Shown one piece after another: positions 39,807 through 54,919 of a DNA stretch of 64,000 nt. The notes under the pieces were generated by a model. That model worked only from the letters and a program-made list of their open reading frames with translations. It made no database searches and was not told where the DNA came from. The translations under genes and the position numbers were made by a program. The DNA lies in the NCBI GenBank assembly GCA_001643675.2, contig LSRY02000006.1, positions 1,984,001 to 2,048,000 of the forward strand. Direction: 5' to 3'. Each line of letters starts with the position of its first letter. The first letter of the stretch is position 1. This DNA is from Monocercomonoides exilis PA203 (lineage: Eukaryota; Protista; Preaxostyla).

Positions 39807-42800
39807 TTATTTTTTTGAAGTGAGTGTTCCAAACAAAGAAGAGCGACCTGTTGGGGTTGTTGCCCTTTTTTGCCCTGTTGATTGTTTTTGCTGGGTAACT
39901 ATCGACGCAAAAACTCCTGGTCTAGTTGTGATAGTTGATGTTAATGAAGATGAAGACGAAGGTGTTGTTGAACGTGAACAAGGATATCCCCCTGTTTGCT
40001 GTGAATCTAATGTTGATGGAGAAGACAACGTATGAGTCCCAGCTTTGCTCTGCAGTCGATTGACTGACAAAGCTGGAGAAGGTTGATATGATGATGCAGC
40101 GACTTTTGTATTCATGGACTTTGTATCCAATTTTCCATCATCATTAGAAGAAGAAGATTCTGCCTGTGCGACTTGCTTTTGTTCCTGCTCAGTCATCTCA
40201 CGCAAATGTAGAGGTAATCTAGAATTTCCACTTTCCTTAAATAACCCACCAACAATCACAGTTGGTGTTACACGTTTTGGAGGTGAACTAGATGCTCCAC
40301 CAGAAACTGTTCCACTTTGCAAAGTAGATGCTGCACCACTTCCATCTCCAATTGCAGATAAATATTCCAACCCTGACTTTGTTGCACTTGGCTGCTGAGT
40401 CAATCTTGCTTCCATTTCGCTTAATTTTTTCCGCAAGTCATCATTTTCCCTCCGTGCTGCCTGTAGTCTATCAGCCAAGCCATCATGCCTTCTCTTCCAT
40501 ATAACCAAATCATCCATCTGACTCTCTCGACTCATACTTCCACTGCTTGCCAGACGCATTGATAGCGACGAAGAAGGTCTATCTTTTGCATCAGTTACTC
40601 CTCCAGTGCCTCTTGTCCTGTACACGCTCATTGAAGTCGCAGATCGTGTTGTATGTGGAGTAGAAGCTCGAGTGCGTGCTGGTGAACTTGATTGCGAGGA
40701 GGAACCCAAAAGCATTGAACTTCCCTTTTGCTCATCATTTGAAGTTGCTGAACGATCAGGAAGATCTGAGAGTGTATCGAGGAAAGGAGAAGAAAGCTCA
40801 TCTAACACTCCTCCACCCCTTCCAGTTCCAATGCTTACCTCAGCTCTTTCATCACCTCCAGCTCCTCCACCAATCCCACTAAGTCCTGTTGACTCAAGCC
40901 AACCCCGAATCTCGTCCAGCTTGTTCATTGCATCTTCTTTCACTCTTTTTTCTTGCGTGATAATTTTCCGAAGGCGTTGTATTTCTTTCCCGAAATGCTC
41001 TTCAATTTGTGAAGCTGTCTTTTGCGCTTTCACTTCTGATCCTTCTGCAATTTTCAGTTCGTTTTCTTTTCGTTCCAACTCCAAATACAGCTTGTCAATA
41101 TCCACATTGCTCCATCGACGATACTTTGCAAGCTGTTCTTCAAGCTGTTTCAGCACACGAGACTTTGTTGCTTTCCATTCCATCAACTGTGTTTTGTTTC
41201 GACTCTGCACATCCAAATCATACTGCACCGTTTCCAGCTTTGAAACAGCATCATTCAGTTTAGTATTGCTCTGTTCCAACTGCAGCTCAAGCATCCGAAT
41301 CTTTGCATCTCGTTCTTGTATCGATTCAAAGTTCTGTTCTCTTTCGAACTCTATTGCCTTTTCCAATTCTTCTGTTTTCTGCGACATTTGCTTCTTCAGC
41401 TCAAACTGCGAAACACGCGATTCGTTCTCCAATGTGGCAACTTGTTTTTCGAGTTCTGCATTACTTTGCCTAAGTTGTACCAACTCACGTGTAACGTCAC
41501 GATTCCCAAACACGCTCGAAGTTCCACTAAGAGCACCGGTGCCAGAATTTACATATCGCTGCTGACCGTGGCCAGATGCATTCGCAGATGTTATAGAAGG
41601 TGCAGCTCCTGGAGCAGGCGATGTTGTTCTCAATCCTTTTGCAACGTCTCTGAATCCGCTGCCAGGAGCATAAGGAACAGTACCTGCAGCACTAGAAGAT
41701 CCAGCCATACTTCCGCCAACTCCACTTCCTGCTGCTCCAGTTCCAGTAGATGCGACACTTATCTTATTCAGAGAGTCCATTGTGAGTTGATGCAGAGTCA
41801 AAATGGCACTGTTTTGCATTTCTCCTTTGTACTTTCTGAAGTTACCTTCAGCAGCGAGCAGCTCTGCCTGCAACTTAGAGATAAGATCATCATATTCCAT
41901 TTTCACCTCTTTCCGTATTGCCTCATCTTGTAAGCTCAATGTTTTCTCAAGTTTAGTTACCATATTTCTCAGTCTTTCTATTTCAAACACAAAATTCACT
42001 GCTCTCTCAGCTATCTCGCTTTGCACTCTCCTTCTCATCATTTGCTCCCTTACAGCTTCCTCTTTCTTCATCACCGTCAGTTCGCGTTCAGCATCGCTTA
42101 GACGCTGCAAGAACGCCTCGCCTAACAGCTGGGTTGACATTTGCCCTTGCTTCTGCCGTTCGTCACCCCAAACGCATAGTCCCTGAAGTATATCTTCCAT
42201 TGATGACATAAACAAAGAGCGAGTGAATAGTATTGCACTGTCATCGTTATCTGTAGTTACAGATATTCCTCTTCTCAGAAGCAAAGACACGGCTTCACTC
42301 ACAATGCCCACTTTCTCTTCCCATGCTGCATCCTCTGCTGCGGAAGGTAGCATAACAGCTGTTCCCGAAGGAAAGAACGGAACAATCGTTGAGTTTCCAC
42401 TCGCTGAAGATGATGGCGAATGAACTGCAAGGGGAAGATATGATGCAACTAATGATGATGCTCCTCGTTTGCGACGAGGAATAAGCGAAGCGATATTTGA
42501 AAGAGTGTTTCTCTCACCATCGATGCCTGATCCACCAGAAGCAGATGCTATTGAAGATGAAGCGCCAGATGGTAATGTCGCTGTTGGAACTATAGCTGCT
42601 GCAGCTACTGTAAGCTCCGATCCAAGCTCAACATCCTTCCTGGCTTGCTCTTCCACAATCTGAGCAAAGAGAATCTCACAATTCATCTCCACAAGAACCA
42701 TTGCATCAAAAATTAGCATTTTGTCCAGTTCTCTTTTAACCGCATCCAACTGTAGTAAAGTCCATTCTCTTTCTGTAACACCTTCTGGCCTTAAATCTTC

Positions 42801-45800
42801 AGATGATGAAATTTTCAAAAGTTTCCCATTCATTCCACGAAGAGGACTATCAGAGGAAGTTTCAGCAATTTCTCCTGCAAAATTCGTTTTCATCGATGCA
42901 GCATTTGTCACAGACTTTGATGCTGTTTCCCCTCTTGATGAAGTCGATTCTGTTTGCGTTTGGCTCATCGGAGCGTCTTTTTGATTGCTTTCTTCTTCCT
43001 TTCGTTCTCTATGCTCATCGAGCCATTTCAATGCGAGTGGAGTAAGTATTGTTTCAATATAAATCTTTGAAGCACGCGCATAATCCTCATTCGTTGCAAT
43101 CTCTCTTACTCCAAGAACACGCGTCAGATAAGTCTTTTTCATTTGCTGGAGTGCAATTGAATCAACTAGGGACTGAATAATCACATGAAGTTGCTCCAAT
43201 CCAGCAGCACTGCCATGTCGATGAACTGCAGCTTGATCCAGACAGCTATTCACAGCCATGTCAACAATCATCATCTCTTGCAACACTGCACTACGCTCAT
43301 TCGCTGGAATGTGTGTGAACAGTGAGCGTAAAGCCTCAATACGTGAAGGATTGTGTGTTGATGCTCCGAGGAATGAAGGGATTGCAGAAGATGGAGGAAG
43401 AGAAGGCGACGGTAAAAGAGTCGAAGGAGTGGAGACGTTCCAGAATGGGTTTGAAGGCAGCGATGAATTCAACAGTTGAGATGGAAGCATTACAGAATTT
43501 GATGAAGAGAGTGACTGAGGATTTGAAGAGGCATCGTAAGAAGAACGCGAAGAAGAAGCAGAAGTTGGGGAGATATCAATCAGCGCTTCGCTCATCATCG
43601 GATGGAATTGCATCTCTGTCATCTGTGCAACAGAGCGCATCTGACCTGGATGTGCAACTGGAGAAGCATGCACAAGCTCTCCTTGAATGATCTCTTCCTC
43701 TTCTGTCCACAGAAGCCCATCAAGAAATGCTGTTTCGTCGTCATCGTCGATTTCTTGGCTTGCTTTTCCTTTACCCTTTGTGCTGTTCTGCTTCCCTTTC
43801 TCTCCTTTTCCTTCTGCCGCTTTCCGTTTCACCAACATCAGTAATCGGTAGTATGCTGGTCCCAATGCTCCTCCTGCTGCTATCTGCTGTTTGATCATTT
43901 CTGCCTTTGCAGCAGCTTGCTCTTCAGGCGACTTCTCATCTTCATCTTTATCTTCTTCTGTTTTATCAGCTCCATCTTTGCTTCCAAAGTTTGATATTTG
44001 CTTCGTTTTATCTGCAGAACTGCCCTCGCCACTTTTTTTCGCTGTCTTTCCGATTTCATAATCCATTTTCCCTTGTCCTTCTGCATCTCTTTTAATTGCA
44101 CTTATCCTCTGTCTTACCTTCTCAAGAAATCGGTTGTCTTCAAACATTCGTGCTGCAGGAGCCTCCAAAACATCTGGAACGCTGATTGCGTTGCGCTTGG
44201 GCAAAGACGATGCTGATACAAATGAAGGAAGCAAAGTAAGTGTAGGTGGAAATGTGTAATCTGGAGATAATTTTGGATGAATTGGAGAATAAAGTGGGGA
44301 AGTCAGGCAATGAGGAGATGAAATGCAAATAGGACTGTTAACATTTGTGAGTAGTGTGGATGTGAGAAGAGAAAACGGCCCACCATTGTATCGTCCGTAT
44401 GGCCCATACCATATAAGTGTTTCAACGTCATTGATAAGCGAGCTATATGCTGCTGAAGGTGGGTTATAATACGAAAGCGAAGCTTGGGCGACACCACTTC
44501 CTGAAGCAGATGAAGATCGAGTTAATTTCAAATTCTTTGATTTTTGTGCGACTGGCTGAACTGTGAACTTGACTCCAGCATGTTCCCATTCCCCTCCTCC
44601 ATTCTCAGCTGCTGTCCGAATTGCCGACAAAACAGCAAACGAATTAGTTCCAGTGGCAATGCAGACAGAGCCTTCATCATCAATAAACACACCGCCTCCT
44701 CCTTCTCCCACCATCTCAGCAACAGACGGATTCCATCCCCACACAGACAAACCTGCATGCCCAACACCTTTCCCTCCAAGCAACCCTTTCCCAACTGACA
44801 CTGGCCCATCATTTCCTGGCCAAGGAGGGTTCATCTCTGCTCCGCTGCTCCCACTGCATCTGCTTCCTCCTTCAGTACCTGTCAGTGTGTTTCCACCACC
44901 GTAAGTTCCATGACCCTCTCCGCTTGTCCCACTTCCGCTACTGTGGCTGATCCATCCGCCTTCTGCACACAGTGCTCCCCAGCCAGGGCATTGCATCGAA
45001 TGTGCTGCAGATTCATAGCTGAGCGAAGGCGGACACATCGCAGCTGGAAGGTATTTTCGCATGAGATATAAGTTCTGAATAATAGCTTGATGCTCTAAAT
45101 AAAAAAGAAAGAGAAAGACAATTATTAATAAGAACGAAAAATATAGAAATTCAATGAAAATTAAGAGGGAAATTCTGATTATTTTCTTCTTTGTCTCTTG
45201 CACACCATTGTTGCTTGCTGCAGATGCACTTCCAGTGGAACTTCCGACAGCAGAAATTGCCAGCGAGGCATTTGGATTGGATGCAGCACCTGAGCGTAGA
45301 AGATGCTGGATTTGCTTCTGCTGCGAAGCAATCAGGTCTTTCAATGTCATTCCGAGTGCTGAAGAATCTGCTTCTGGATCTGCCATGTCTGTTGAAGATG
45401 TTTGGATGAAAAATGTTTTCGCATACGAGATTCAATGGTGCGGAAATAGAATAACAAAATATTGAATTTAAGATGTATGCAATTCACAACAACAATGAAA
45501 AATGGATGAATTAAGTGAAAGAAACATACCAATAGAGGATGTGGAGGATGCATTGCTTCCCATTCCGCCATATGGAAGTGAAGAAGCAGCTGTATATAAA
45601 AAGAAAAACCAAACAACGAAAAGAACAACGATATCGAATCACAAATAATCAATTCACAGAAAAACAAATGACAAGCAAACATATTCCAGAAGAAGATTGA
45701 GCAGAACTCATCGAAGTGAACGACACGCCAGCCGCTCTTCGAGCTGCTCTGATGCGCAATAGGGAATCCTGATATGGCGAAGGGGCAAACGGAGCATCCC

Positions 45801-48800
45801 CCAAAACAGCTAAATCTGTTGGCTGGTTGATCTCCCTTCTCCGCAATATCTGTGCCAGTTGTGCTGATGCTGCCTCAGCGTTGCTGCGCCCCATTCGCTG
45901 TGCGGCAAGACGGGTCGAAGCAAAACCTGATGGTGTTGATGGAGTGGATGCCATCTGACTGGAAGAGGAGCCCGTTGGAGTCAGAAGCGAAAGGTGTGCA
46001 AATGATCTGTTTGTGCGCATTCCTAATGGAGAAGGTATTGCAGTTAGTTCTGATTTTCAAACAATTTATTTCAATTCAAAGATTGCAAAAACAGAAATAT
46101 TGAAAAATCAGTAATTATCAATCGAGTTGAAACAGAATTCAAAGTGATCATTCGAAGCAAACAAAAATTTGCTTTTTGATGCAAAAACAGTAACATCATC
46201 AAACATTTCAATACTAAAATAAAAACATAAAGGTTAAATTCAACTCTCTTCAAACCTGTTGCAGATGACATTCCTTGCTGCCCTTCTGATACAAAAGAAG
46301 CTGCTGGAAACAACTCAGGATGCCTCACCATGAGCTCTCTGCCAAATGGCCCTGAAAGAATGTCCATTCCAGATATTTCAGTTCCGGCAAACGGAAACGG
46401 AGGCACATCAAACGGAGATTGCATTGCTGAAGCCGAACGATATGCATCCGCACCCATCTTCCCTCTTTCGCTTTCAATCACCGCTTGGGCTGCCGACAGA
46501 AAGTGTTCTGTACCTTCCATCGAAGAGAAGTTTGTGTTGTTGGTTGACTGAAAAACTGATGGAGGAGAGAAAATCTGATGGATGCGCATCTTTTCCTGGC
46601 GAAGAAAAGACGCCAATGAATTATTTTGTCTTGACAAAAAGGCCTCCTCTAGTTGACTAAAGAAGAGTCCGAATAACAGGTCATATCTTGTCCTCTCATC
46701 CAACAGAAAAGCGCAAACAAGAAATGGATCGCTGGCAAACGGAAGCTGATCTAGTTGAATTTTCAGGGAGTCTAATTCTGTAGGCAGCTTGCTTGATGAT
46801 AGGACATTTCCATTCATTCCTGTTGCTGTTGTGGATGTGGATGATGAAGATATTGATGATGATGAACTTGAAAGCGAAGATGAAGAAGAAAAGTTATTCA
46901 TATTTCGAGTATTAGCAAGTGAAAGTGCTCCCAACGAAAGACTGCTTTTCGAAGTTTGTATTCCGTTTGCTGCTTTGAGGGGGTTTAGCTTCGCAGCAGC
47001 TGCCTGCTTGTCCAAATCATCCAAATTCATTTTATCAATTACACTTGGATTCGCAACAAGATACAGCGCTGTTGAGTAGATATGCAGCTCTCTTAACGCA
47101 AACAGGAGAAAGACTGCAGCGCGCATATTGTGCAGCGTCATCGCATCTTCTCCAATCCGGAAAATTTCGCGCTCATGTGGAACGTACCATACATTGGTGA
47201 GGTTGTCTCCAACAAGCAAGTTCTCAAATGGCGTTGAAACATTTGCTCGATGATTATCTACAGTCCTTCCAATCAGATCGTCAGCTGTCATTGAGCCGCA
47301 CACAAATGGAGAGATGTTCGGAGATTGAGCTAACTCCATTCGGAACTCCCGCAGCATCTGTGAATGCTGTACGCGAAGGGCAAACATTGCCATATCCTTC
47401 CACATGTCTGAACAATATCCTTGAATCATGTCAAACTTCAGCTGTCTCAGCCTTTTTGAAAGTTCACCTCTTCGTTCCCTTCTCATAATCGATGCGACTC
47501 GTTCACTGTATCCTTTCAGTCTCAATTCTCGTACGGACAATTTTCGCGAATTCAACGGAACGAAAAAGGATGATGCTTCTCGCAGAGCTAATCGTTCCCA
47601 ACGATTTAGCTTTTTCATTTGTTCGGCTGTTGACAGCTGCACAGCAGATGCAGACGAAGCTAAGAACATTTCTGACCCATCTTCAATTCCATTGGCAATA
47701 TTATCTTCCACACCTGATTGTGTTGCTGCAACAGAAGTCAAGAATGTCTCATCTTTTGGTATCAACCCAACTTCCTCTTCTTTCTCTTTCAGAAACACGA
47801 AAAATTGATCCAACGGAATCTGATTGTATTGAACAACAATCTCCAACATGCATCGCTGAAGCACTTGCACTTGAACTGCATGGCGAAGATCGGTCAGTCC
47901 TTGCTCTCCAAACACCTTTGCACATCCAACAAACGAGGAGAAATCGAAATCAGCCAAATCTGGATCGAACTCTGAAATAGCAAAGTTCACATGCACAGTT
48001 GATGTGAATCCCTGAACCAGAGAAGCGACAGGACTTTTTGTTGAAAGTGACTGTGGTGATGGACTACTTTGAGGAGAGTATGCATCTGTTCCCAGTGGCT
48101 GTGGTGCATTTGAAGATAAAAGTTGAGGTGATTCGCCAGGAGATATTGGAGGAGATGTGCCAAAACCTTCAATCTTCTCAATACCATCATCAACTGATGC
48201 TAGACTTACAATAACCTTTGCAGGATCTCCATGCTCTCGATGCATAAATGCTGCAGCACTGTTTTCTCTGGACAAATTAGATCTTGATTGAGATGGCGTC
48301 ATTGCCTGAGTGTTAACTGAAGCAGCGATGGATGCATTGCATTCTTCAAAGTTGATTGGATCCAATTCGAATCGTCGAACACGCAACCCGACGCACTCTG
48401 CCTGCTGTTTGTACACTCCAAAGAGCAGCTCTGTCACTTTGTGTGCATACAACAATTCGTGTCTCAATCTCACTGCTTCCAAAGCATGTGTCAGTGCAAC
48501 AACAGAAATCATGCTGATTTGTGTTAGCGATGCAAGCGATGCATTCGCCGTGGACTGCCCTGATGCTGTATCAAAGAATGAAGAAAGCTTAAGCTTCAGA
48601 ATCTTCAATGTGTATTGCATTCGGTTTGCATCGTAACTGCTTGTGCTACTAAATGAATGAAGGGCAGCAGATGGTGAGTCAGCATTCTGAACAAGAGATA
48701 ACGATGATGGAGTTTGCACAAAACCAGAGGCAATCCGTTCGGCGTTTGCAGCTGCATCTCCTCCAGCTTCTGTTTCATCAACTCTTTCCTCTTTTAATTT

Positions 48801-51800
48801 GTGCGTTGAATCCGATTGCGCAATGCCATTATCCTGTGTCGCAGAGTTAGCTTCTATTTTTAATCCACTCACACTTCCTCCTTCTCCTACAGACATAATT
48901 CTGTCCCGAGCAGTATTTGCCTTTGATCCAAAAGGAGTGAACTCAGAATCCAATGAAGCAACAAAAGTATCAACTGCAGCACATATTCCAACAGGATTTT
49001 CAATCACATCTTCGTTTGAAGCAGCTTGAACAGAAGGGTGAACGAAAGCAGAACGGTCCAGCTCAACATATTCAGTAACTCCTCCGTTTGGCTCCATTCC
49101 TTCCGGAGTCAGTGAAGGTGTAGTAGCAGGAGATACACCGCTTCCAGCTGCTTGTGAAATGCTGGGCCTTCTTGTCATCTCTGCAGTCGCAAGAGTCGTT
49201 GATGGAGATGCCTCAGTAACAGCACTTTCATCCTTTTCAAACCGCACCCAGCTGACAATCGCCTGCTGTAAAAGTGCTGCATGGAGTGACAGTGTTGCTA
49301 ACATTGTTGCTGGATGATGCAATTGCACGAGTTGGTTAAATGCTTCTTCCAACACTGCCGGAATGTGTCTCACCTGTGCGATGGACTGTGGAAACTCGAA
49401 GGGAGCAAACGGATGGCCACGAGGAATAAGTGTAATATCTGTGAGTTTATATACATCCAGCGGTGGAAGTGGAAGGCCAATTGTGGCATCTGTTGAAAGC
49501 TGTGAGAATGTCGAAGACACTTCGCGAGAAAAGCGCCGCTCGTCGTTGATCATACGTGACATCACTGCATGAAGCAAGTTGAACTGCATCTCCAGACAGA
49601 TGATCTCTGTCGCATATGAATCCACAAACGATTGTGCTGACAAGTCAATTCGTGGGCGGAGTGCAAGCAGATCAATTATCAGTCGAGCCAGTGCCTTCCT
49701 CTCGTTCGGATCGCAGCAGCACTCGTACGCTTCGACATACAAATCAACAACCTTCCGCTTGGAACGCTGGAAGAGCGCCTCACATTCGAGAATATCAGAC
49801 AGCATAGCCTGTCGATCGAACAGCGATGACGTCTCTCCAAACAGCTGCTCCTTCAAACGTTGAGGAAGAACTGGCCCACTTTTTGTGGTTGTCATGTGAA
49901 GTGAGTCAAACAGATCATTCATTTCTTTTGAGATCTTCGCTGATAAGAAATGTGACACAATGCGAAGAAGTTCTGATTCCAAATGTGTCATCATTGTTAT
50001 TGCTTCCTCATACAGAATAGTCACTCCATGGCAATCTCTCACTATCATCCGCTCTTTCTCACCCAGCTCGCATATGTCGTCTCTGTGGATCAACCCTTTC
50101 AATCCTCTCATCTGCAGAGTAGTCAACTGTGGACACGTCTCAAATGTTGCTGGGAGAACTGTCTGAATTGTTGTTCCTTCAGATGCAGAAGATCTGCTGC
50201 TGTTGCTTCGACGTGTTCCACTTCTTGTTCTCATACCGCTACCACATCCTGTGCTTTTTGCTTCATTGAATCCAAATGTTGTCGTTTCTGGTGTTGTAAA
50301 TAAGGTGAATGCGGAAGAAATAGGAAGAGCTTTTGTGTTCTCGCGTGCCATAAGCTGTGGTGTTTGAATCATTGGATTGAGGTTTGGATCTTCAACAATA
50401 TTGACATCAAGCGGCGCATGCAGCAGAAAATCAACACTATCATTGGAGATTTTTTTGGATGATGACGAGCCACTAGCGTTTCCTCCTCTTCCACCGATAA
50501 ATCGACTGTTATTATTCTCATCCAACAACTCATCTTCATCTCCACTATCCCCTGAGCCATCGCCTCCTTTTCTTTGTCCATGGGTGCTTGGATCAAACTC
50601 ACCTGGCAGCTTTGTTTCACATTCCCACGGAAATCCTAGTGCATCCAGTGTGATCTTTCTTTGGATAGATGAGAAGTAGTTCATCAAACTCAGCAGACGT
50701 TCTCTCATCTCCACACACCGCGCATGGCGCAGAAGATACATTGCAATCAACTTCCTCTTTTTGAGCCTCTTCACTGAACCGGTCGCTGTTTCAGTTGCAC
50801 CTGCTCTGAAAGCTCCTCCGCTTAGACGAGAACCACCTACTGAGCTTATGGCGCTGGATCTCCCACTCCTCCTTCCTCCACCTCCATCAACACCAAATTG
50901 GATGATAACGTCTTCTTCATCTTCTCCTTCTTCATCCTCTCCGGAAGCAGATTCAGCACCTTTGATGCCAGAGTCTCCTCCAATCACTGAATGAGAAATT
51001 GCCTGTGATGCAGTGTCAGTGAACAGTCGTTGCTTCTCTGCAATTGCTAAATTCTCTTCCAAATTTCTCCCCACAAACGAGATGGACGATCCAGCCATGG
51101 ACGAACCAGGTGTTGTTGCTCCGCTTCCTGCCATTCGAGCGCTTCTACCTCGAGTGCTTGCTGTTGTCGACCCAGGTGCTGATACCAGTGGAGAGTTGGA
51201 AACTGAAGTAGACAGTGAAGGTGATGAAAGTGGAGAGGGTGACAGAGAAGCCTGAAATGAAGCTAGTGCGGTCTGTCGCGCCATGATGGCAGTGGTGATG
51301 CGTTGACCATGTGTGTTTGCAAGAGACTTGGCTCGTGAAAGCAGCACATCCAAATCATTGATCTTCAACGACTCCATTTCCACACGCAGAAGTCCATCAA
51401 TAGAGACTCGTGCCAAAATACCCTGTTGATAGTCCTGCCTCTGCGAGATATGAGGCAGCGGGGCATATGGCACCCATGGCGAAGTCTTAATGAAAGTGTG
51501 CTGCAATCCATAGCACTGCACATGCTGCTCACTTGGCGGAATCATTGACGAAGTTGGAGCTCTGCCTTTTCGCGTCATAAACGAGTCTGAACGCACATGA
51601 ACATTCGAGCTATTTCCCTTCGATCCATCTCCTCTAACTTTTCCATCTCCATCTACTTCTCCTTCATCTTCACCGTTCTCATCTCCGTCTTCTCTGCCTC
51701 GTCCTTTGCCTGTTCTCTTCCCCTTTCTCTTGCCTCCATTCCAGCCACTTCCATAGCTGCCATCTGCGTCAGCTGTAGCGCTTTCAACACTCTGTGACAA

Positions 51801-53324
51801 TGGCACAAACAACTCACATTGAGAATACAATGGATAAGTTGAAGACCTCTTCTGCTCAGTAACAAGATCAGCAAATAATCTGGCTGCTCGAAATGAAAAT
51901 CCTTCGCTCAAAACATCGCGTGGGGTGTCTGCGATGCCAAATGCACGGCCCAGTTGATACAACACAGCATCGAGTGAAAGTGTGTCGCTGATGAGAACTG
52001 GGATGGGAGTCTCAGTTTCTTCTTTCATCTTCTCACTTGCTCTCTTTTGGGCGTTGTAGAAGTCGGATTCTGAACGATACGGACGGATAACACTATCTGA
52101 AAACATTCAAATAAAAAGATCAGAAAAAAGAAATTAACACTACAATAGACAAATAATCAAGCATGCCACTTTGGCTTCTTTGTTCTGTCGTCTCGTTTTG
52201 ACTTGTCTGACGTGTTCCTTTTGGCTGATTGAAAATCTGTTGAGCCCTTGAAACCACCTCATATCTGTGCGTATACGGTAGCCAATGCAAAACAGCCAGA
52301 AATGCATTTAAACGCTTCGATGTTCGCGCAGAAAAAACAGTTTCTCGAAGCATGATTCGAAGATCATCTGGATGAATGTATTGAAGAAGGTTATCATCCA
52401 AGTTACCGAATGAAGTGGTATTTCCGCTGGATGACCCTGACGAGGATCCAGAAGAGCCTGATGATTGAGATCCTCCACCACCTCCAATCTGACGACCCAT
52501 TCGACGAGACGATGTTTTGAGAGTTAGTTTTGGTGTTGATCCTTTTGGGTTGCTTGTATCACTTGAGGCAGATCCCTCAGCCAAAGATATTGGTCTATAA
52601 AATCTTGCTGAAAGGGATCCTTCTAATCTCCGCAATCTCATCAATGCATCTTCATATTCCATATCAAATCTTTCCAATCGTGCAACAAATGCAGGGAATG
52701 AACGCTGATGCATTGAGTTTGCCGTGCAAAATCGTGTCCATCGCGCCAAATAATTGCATTTCTGTTGAATAATTTCAAACTTTCTGCTTTGGTAATACTG
52801 CAGCAAAATTTCAAAGATCGTATTCAGAGATATTTGTGGCTTAATCGCTGATTCAATCTAAGAAAAATACATATTTTTCCATTTCAAGAGAAATATCATA
52901 GAATGAAACAAATAAATTATAAAATTGTAGGACATACTTCTTCTGCGTATAAATCTGATTCGATTATAGGAGGTTCTGGAAATTTGACTTGAGAAAGAGC
53001 TCTTAAACAATATTCACGGTCACTACGAAAACGCTTCAACTCTGGAAGTACTATTGGAGGTCTGGCGGATGCGTTTTTCAATTTTCCACGTTGATCATCT
53101 CGATCTTTAAGCAACGTCTTGCAATTGTTTGCCAAAGTTTCCAGTTTAAATTCGAGCTCTCGCTGGCTCAGAGACAATGCCTTATTGTTCCAATCTGTAT
53201 AAGCAAGAGAGCTAGGATATTTTTCATGTAACAGTCTTATTTGCTCCTCCTCTCTATCCGCCCTCATGCAACAAAAATGTTTTTTAATTTTTGAATGATT
53301 GATCCTGCCCATCGTTACGTGCAT
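39807..53324 (-). CDS. Giant (~4,300 aa) CCDC162-like coiled-coil protein (about 7 exons)
   Basis: ORFs 52917, 52120, 46071, 45649 and 39807 are collinear and separated by short introns (several junctions checked in frame). Blocks recalled from the CCDC162 family: KCNYLARWTRFC, LLSLMNYFSSIQRKIT, VRDCHGVTILYE, YVEAYECCCDPNERKALARLIIDLLALRPRID. C-terminal coiled coils. Exact start uncertain. Confidence 0.7.
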
Positions 53325-53558
53325 TCATTCATGAAATTTTTTGCAACAGGTTTGTAGTTTAATTCTGAAAGGTTGTAATTTTATATATAAAAATATTCCA
53401 ACAACATTCAAATCCTTAATTTTCTTCATTCTGTTAAATTGTTTAAGGGTTTTTTTCCATAACTTTAGAATTCATAAACTGAATTTATAATATTTTGAAA
53501 AGTTTGTTTCCGTTGAGAGTTATTTTTTATTTACACATTTTCATTTTTTAAAATTTAG

Positions 53559-54253
53559 ATGGCTACACGACAACCAACAATACCACCATCAAAAGTTCTT
53601 CATATTCGAAATGGCTCACCAGAGCCCAATGAAGTTGATCTGACAGTTATCCTTCCGTTTCTTTCTAATTTTGGAACGGTGATTTATGTTGTTACCATGC
53701 CGAAACTTCAACAAGCGCTCGTTGAAATGGATACACTGGAATCAGCACAGAAGGCTGTTTCATATGCCACATCTTCTCAAATCGAAGTTCAAGGACAACT
53801 TTATTTCTTGCACTTTTCTAAAAGTCAAAGTATAAACAGAGAGCCTTCATACAGGAGAAGTTTGCTATTTTTAAAGTTTTTTTATTGAATATCAAAATTT
53901 GAAAAAATATTTCATCAGCACTTGTTGAACACCATGGAGAAAAGATCCTTCTTGCAACAGTGCATAATCCTCTTTACCCGATTACAATGGATATTGTGAC
54001 AGCTATTTTGAAGCCATTTAATGTTCTTCGAATTGTTATTTTCCACACTCACGGAATTCAATTTCTTGCGGAATTTGCCACACCAGAAGAAGCACGCACA
54101 GCAAAAGATGCACTTGATGGAAGAGAAATTTACTCGAATTGTTGCCTATTAAAGGTTGTTTACTCAACTCAAAGTACAACCTTAAATGTGCGCTACAACA
54201 CAGACATGACATATGATTTCACACGTCCTGACCTTCCTTCGAAGTCTGCGTAA
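53559..54253 (+). CDS. hnRNP L/PTB-family RNA-binding protein with two RRMs (2 exons)
   Basis: PSKVLHIRN, QALVEM, NPLYPIT, LRIVIF, LDGREIYSNCCLLKVVYS and LNVRYN..YDFTRPDLPS. Intron ~53860-53918 restores the frame. Confidence 0.9.
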
Positions 54254-54919
54254 AAAATCTCACTCTTCCGGAAATATAAGCACAAGAGTATTTTTTACTG
54301 ACAAGATTGGAAAAGATTCTGCTCTTACGTAAAAAATATTCTTTGCTTGTGGGATCATCATTCATACACCCACACCATCAATCACGAACTCATTCATATC
54401 AATGTCACTACATCATTTGACCCATTCCACCAAAGCTGCACATCATCCATTCACATTTCTAAATAATTGTTTCAATAATCAATCCTCCTTTCTATTCCTT
54501 ATTATCGACTTTGAACGTAATAATTAAAATTTTTTTGATGCTTTTCTGGTATCTTTTTTGAAGTGATTCATTATATGTAAGAATGCGGCTGCTATTTGTT
54601 GTTAACGCTTGCAATTTTTAATCTATCGATATAATAATTTTCAGATAATTGAAAACGTTGAGTTTTAAAAATCATCTCCATCAATACAAATAATCTATCC
54701 CTGAAAATAGATATATTCGAGTAGATTAAACAATGGCGTTCAAGTTAATATTTATTGACATTTTTTGTGGAAAATACAAAAACTTAAAGAAATAATACAC
54801 AAATAAAAATTAAATTTGTAGCATAAGAATTAATAACTTATGAGCTACAAATGATACAAATTTTGTGTCACCTAAGATGGTGAAAACGTAAAAGGAATGA
54901 TATGAATTATTGATAACAG

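Noticed and set aside
40606-41933. Long plus-strand ORFs (319 and 205 aa) and similar antisense ORFs within NCKAP1 and PP2C
   Set aside because: Shadow frames of long coding exons, with no recognisable motifs.
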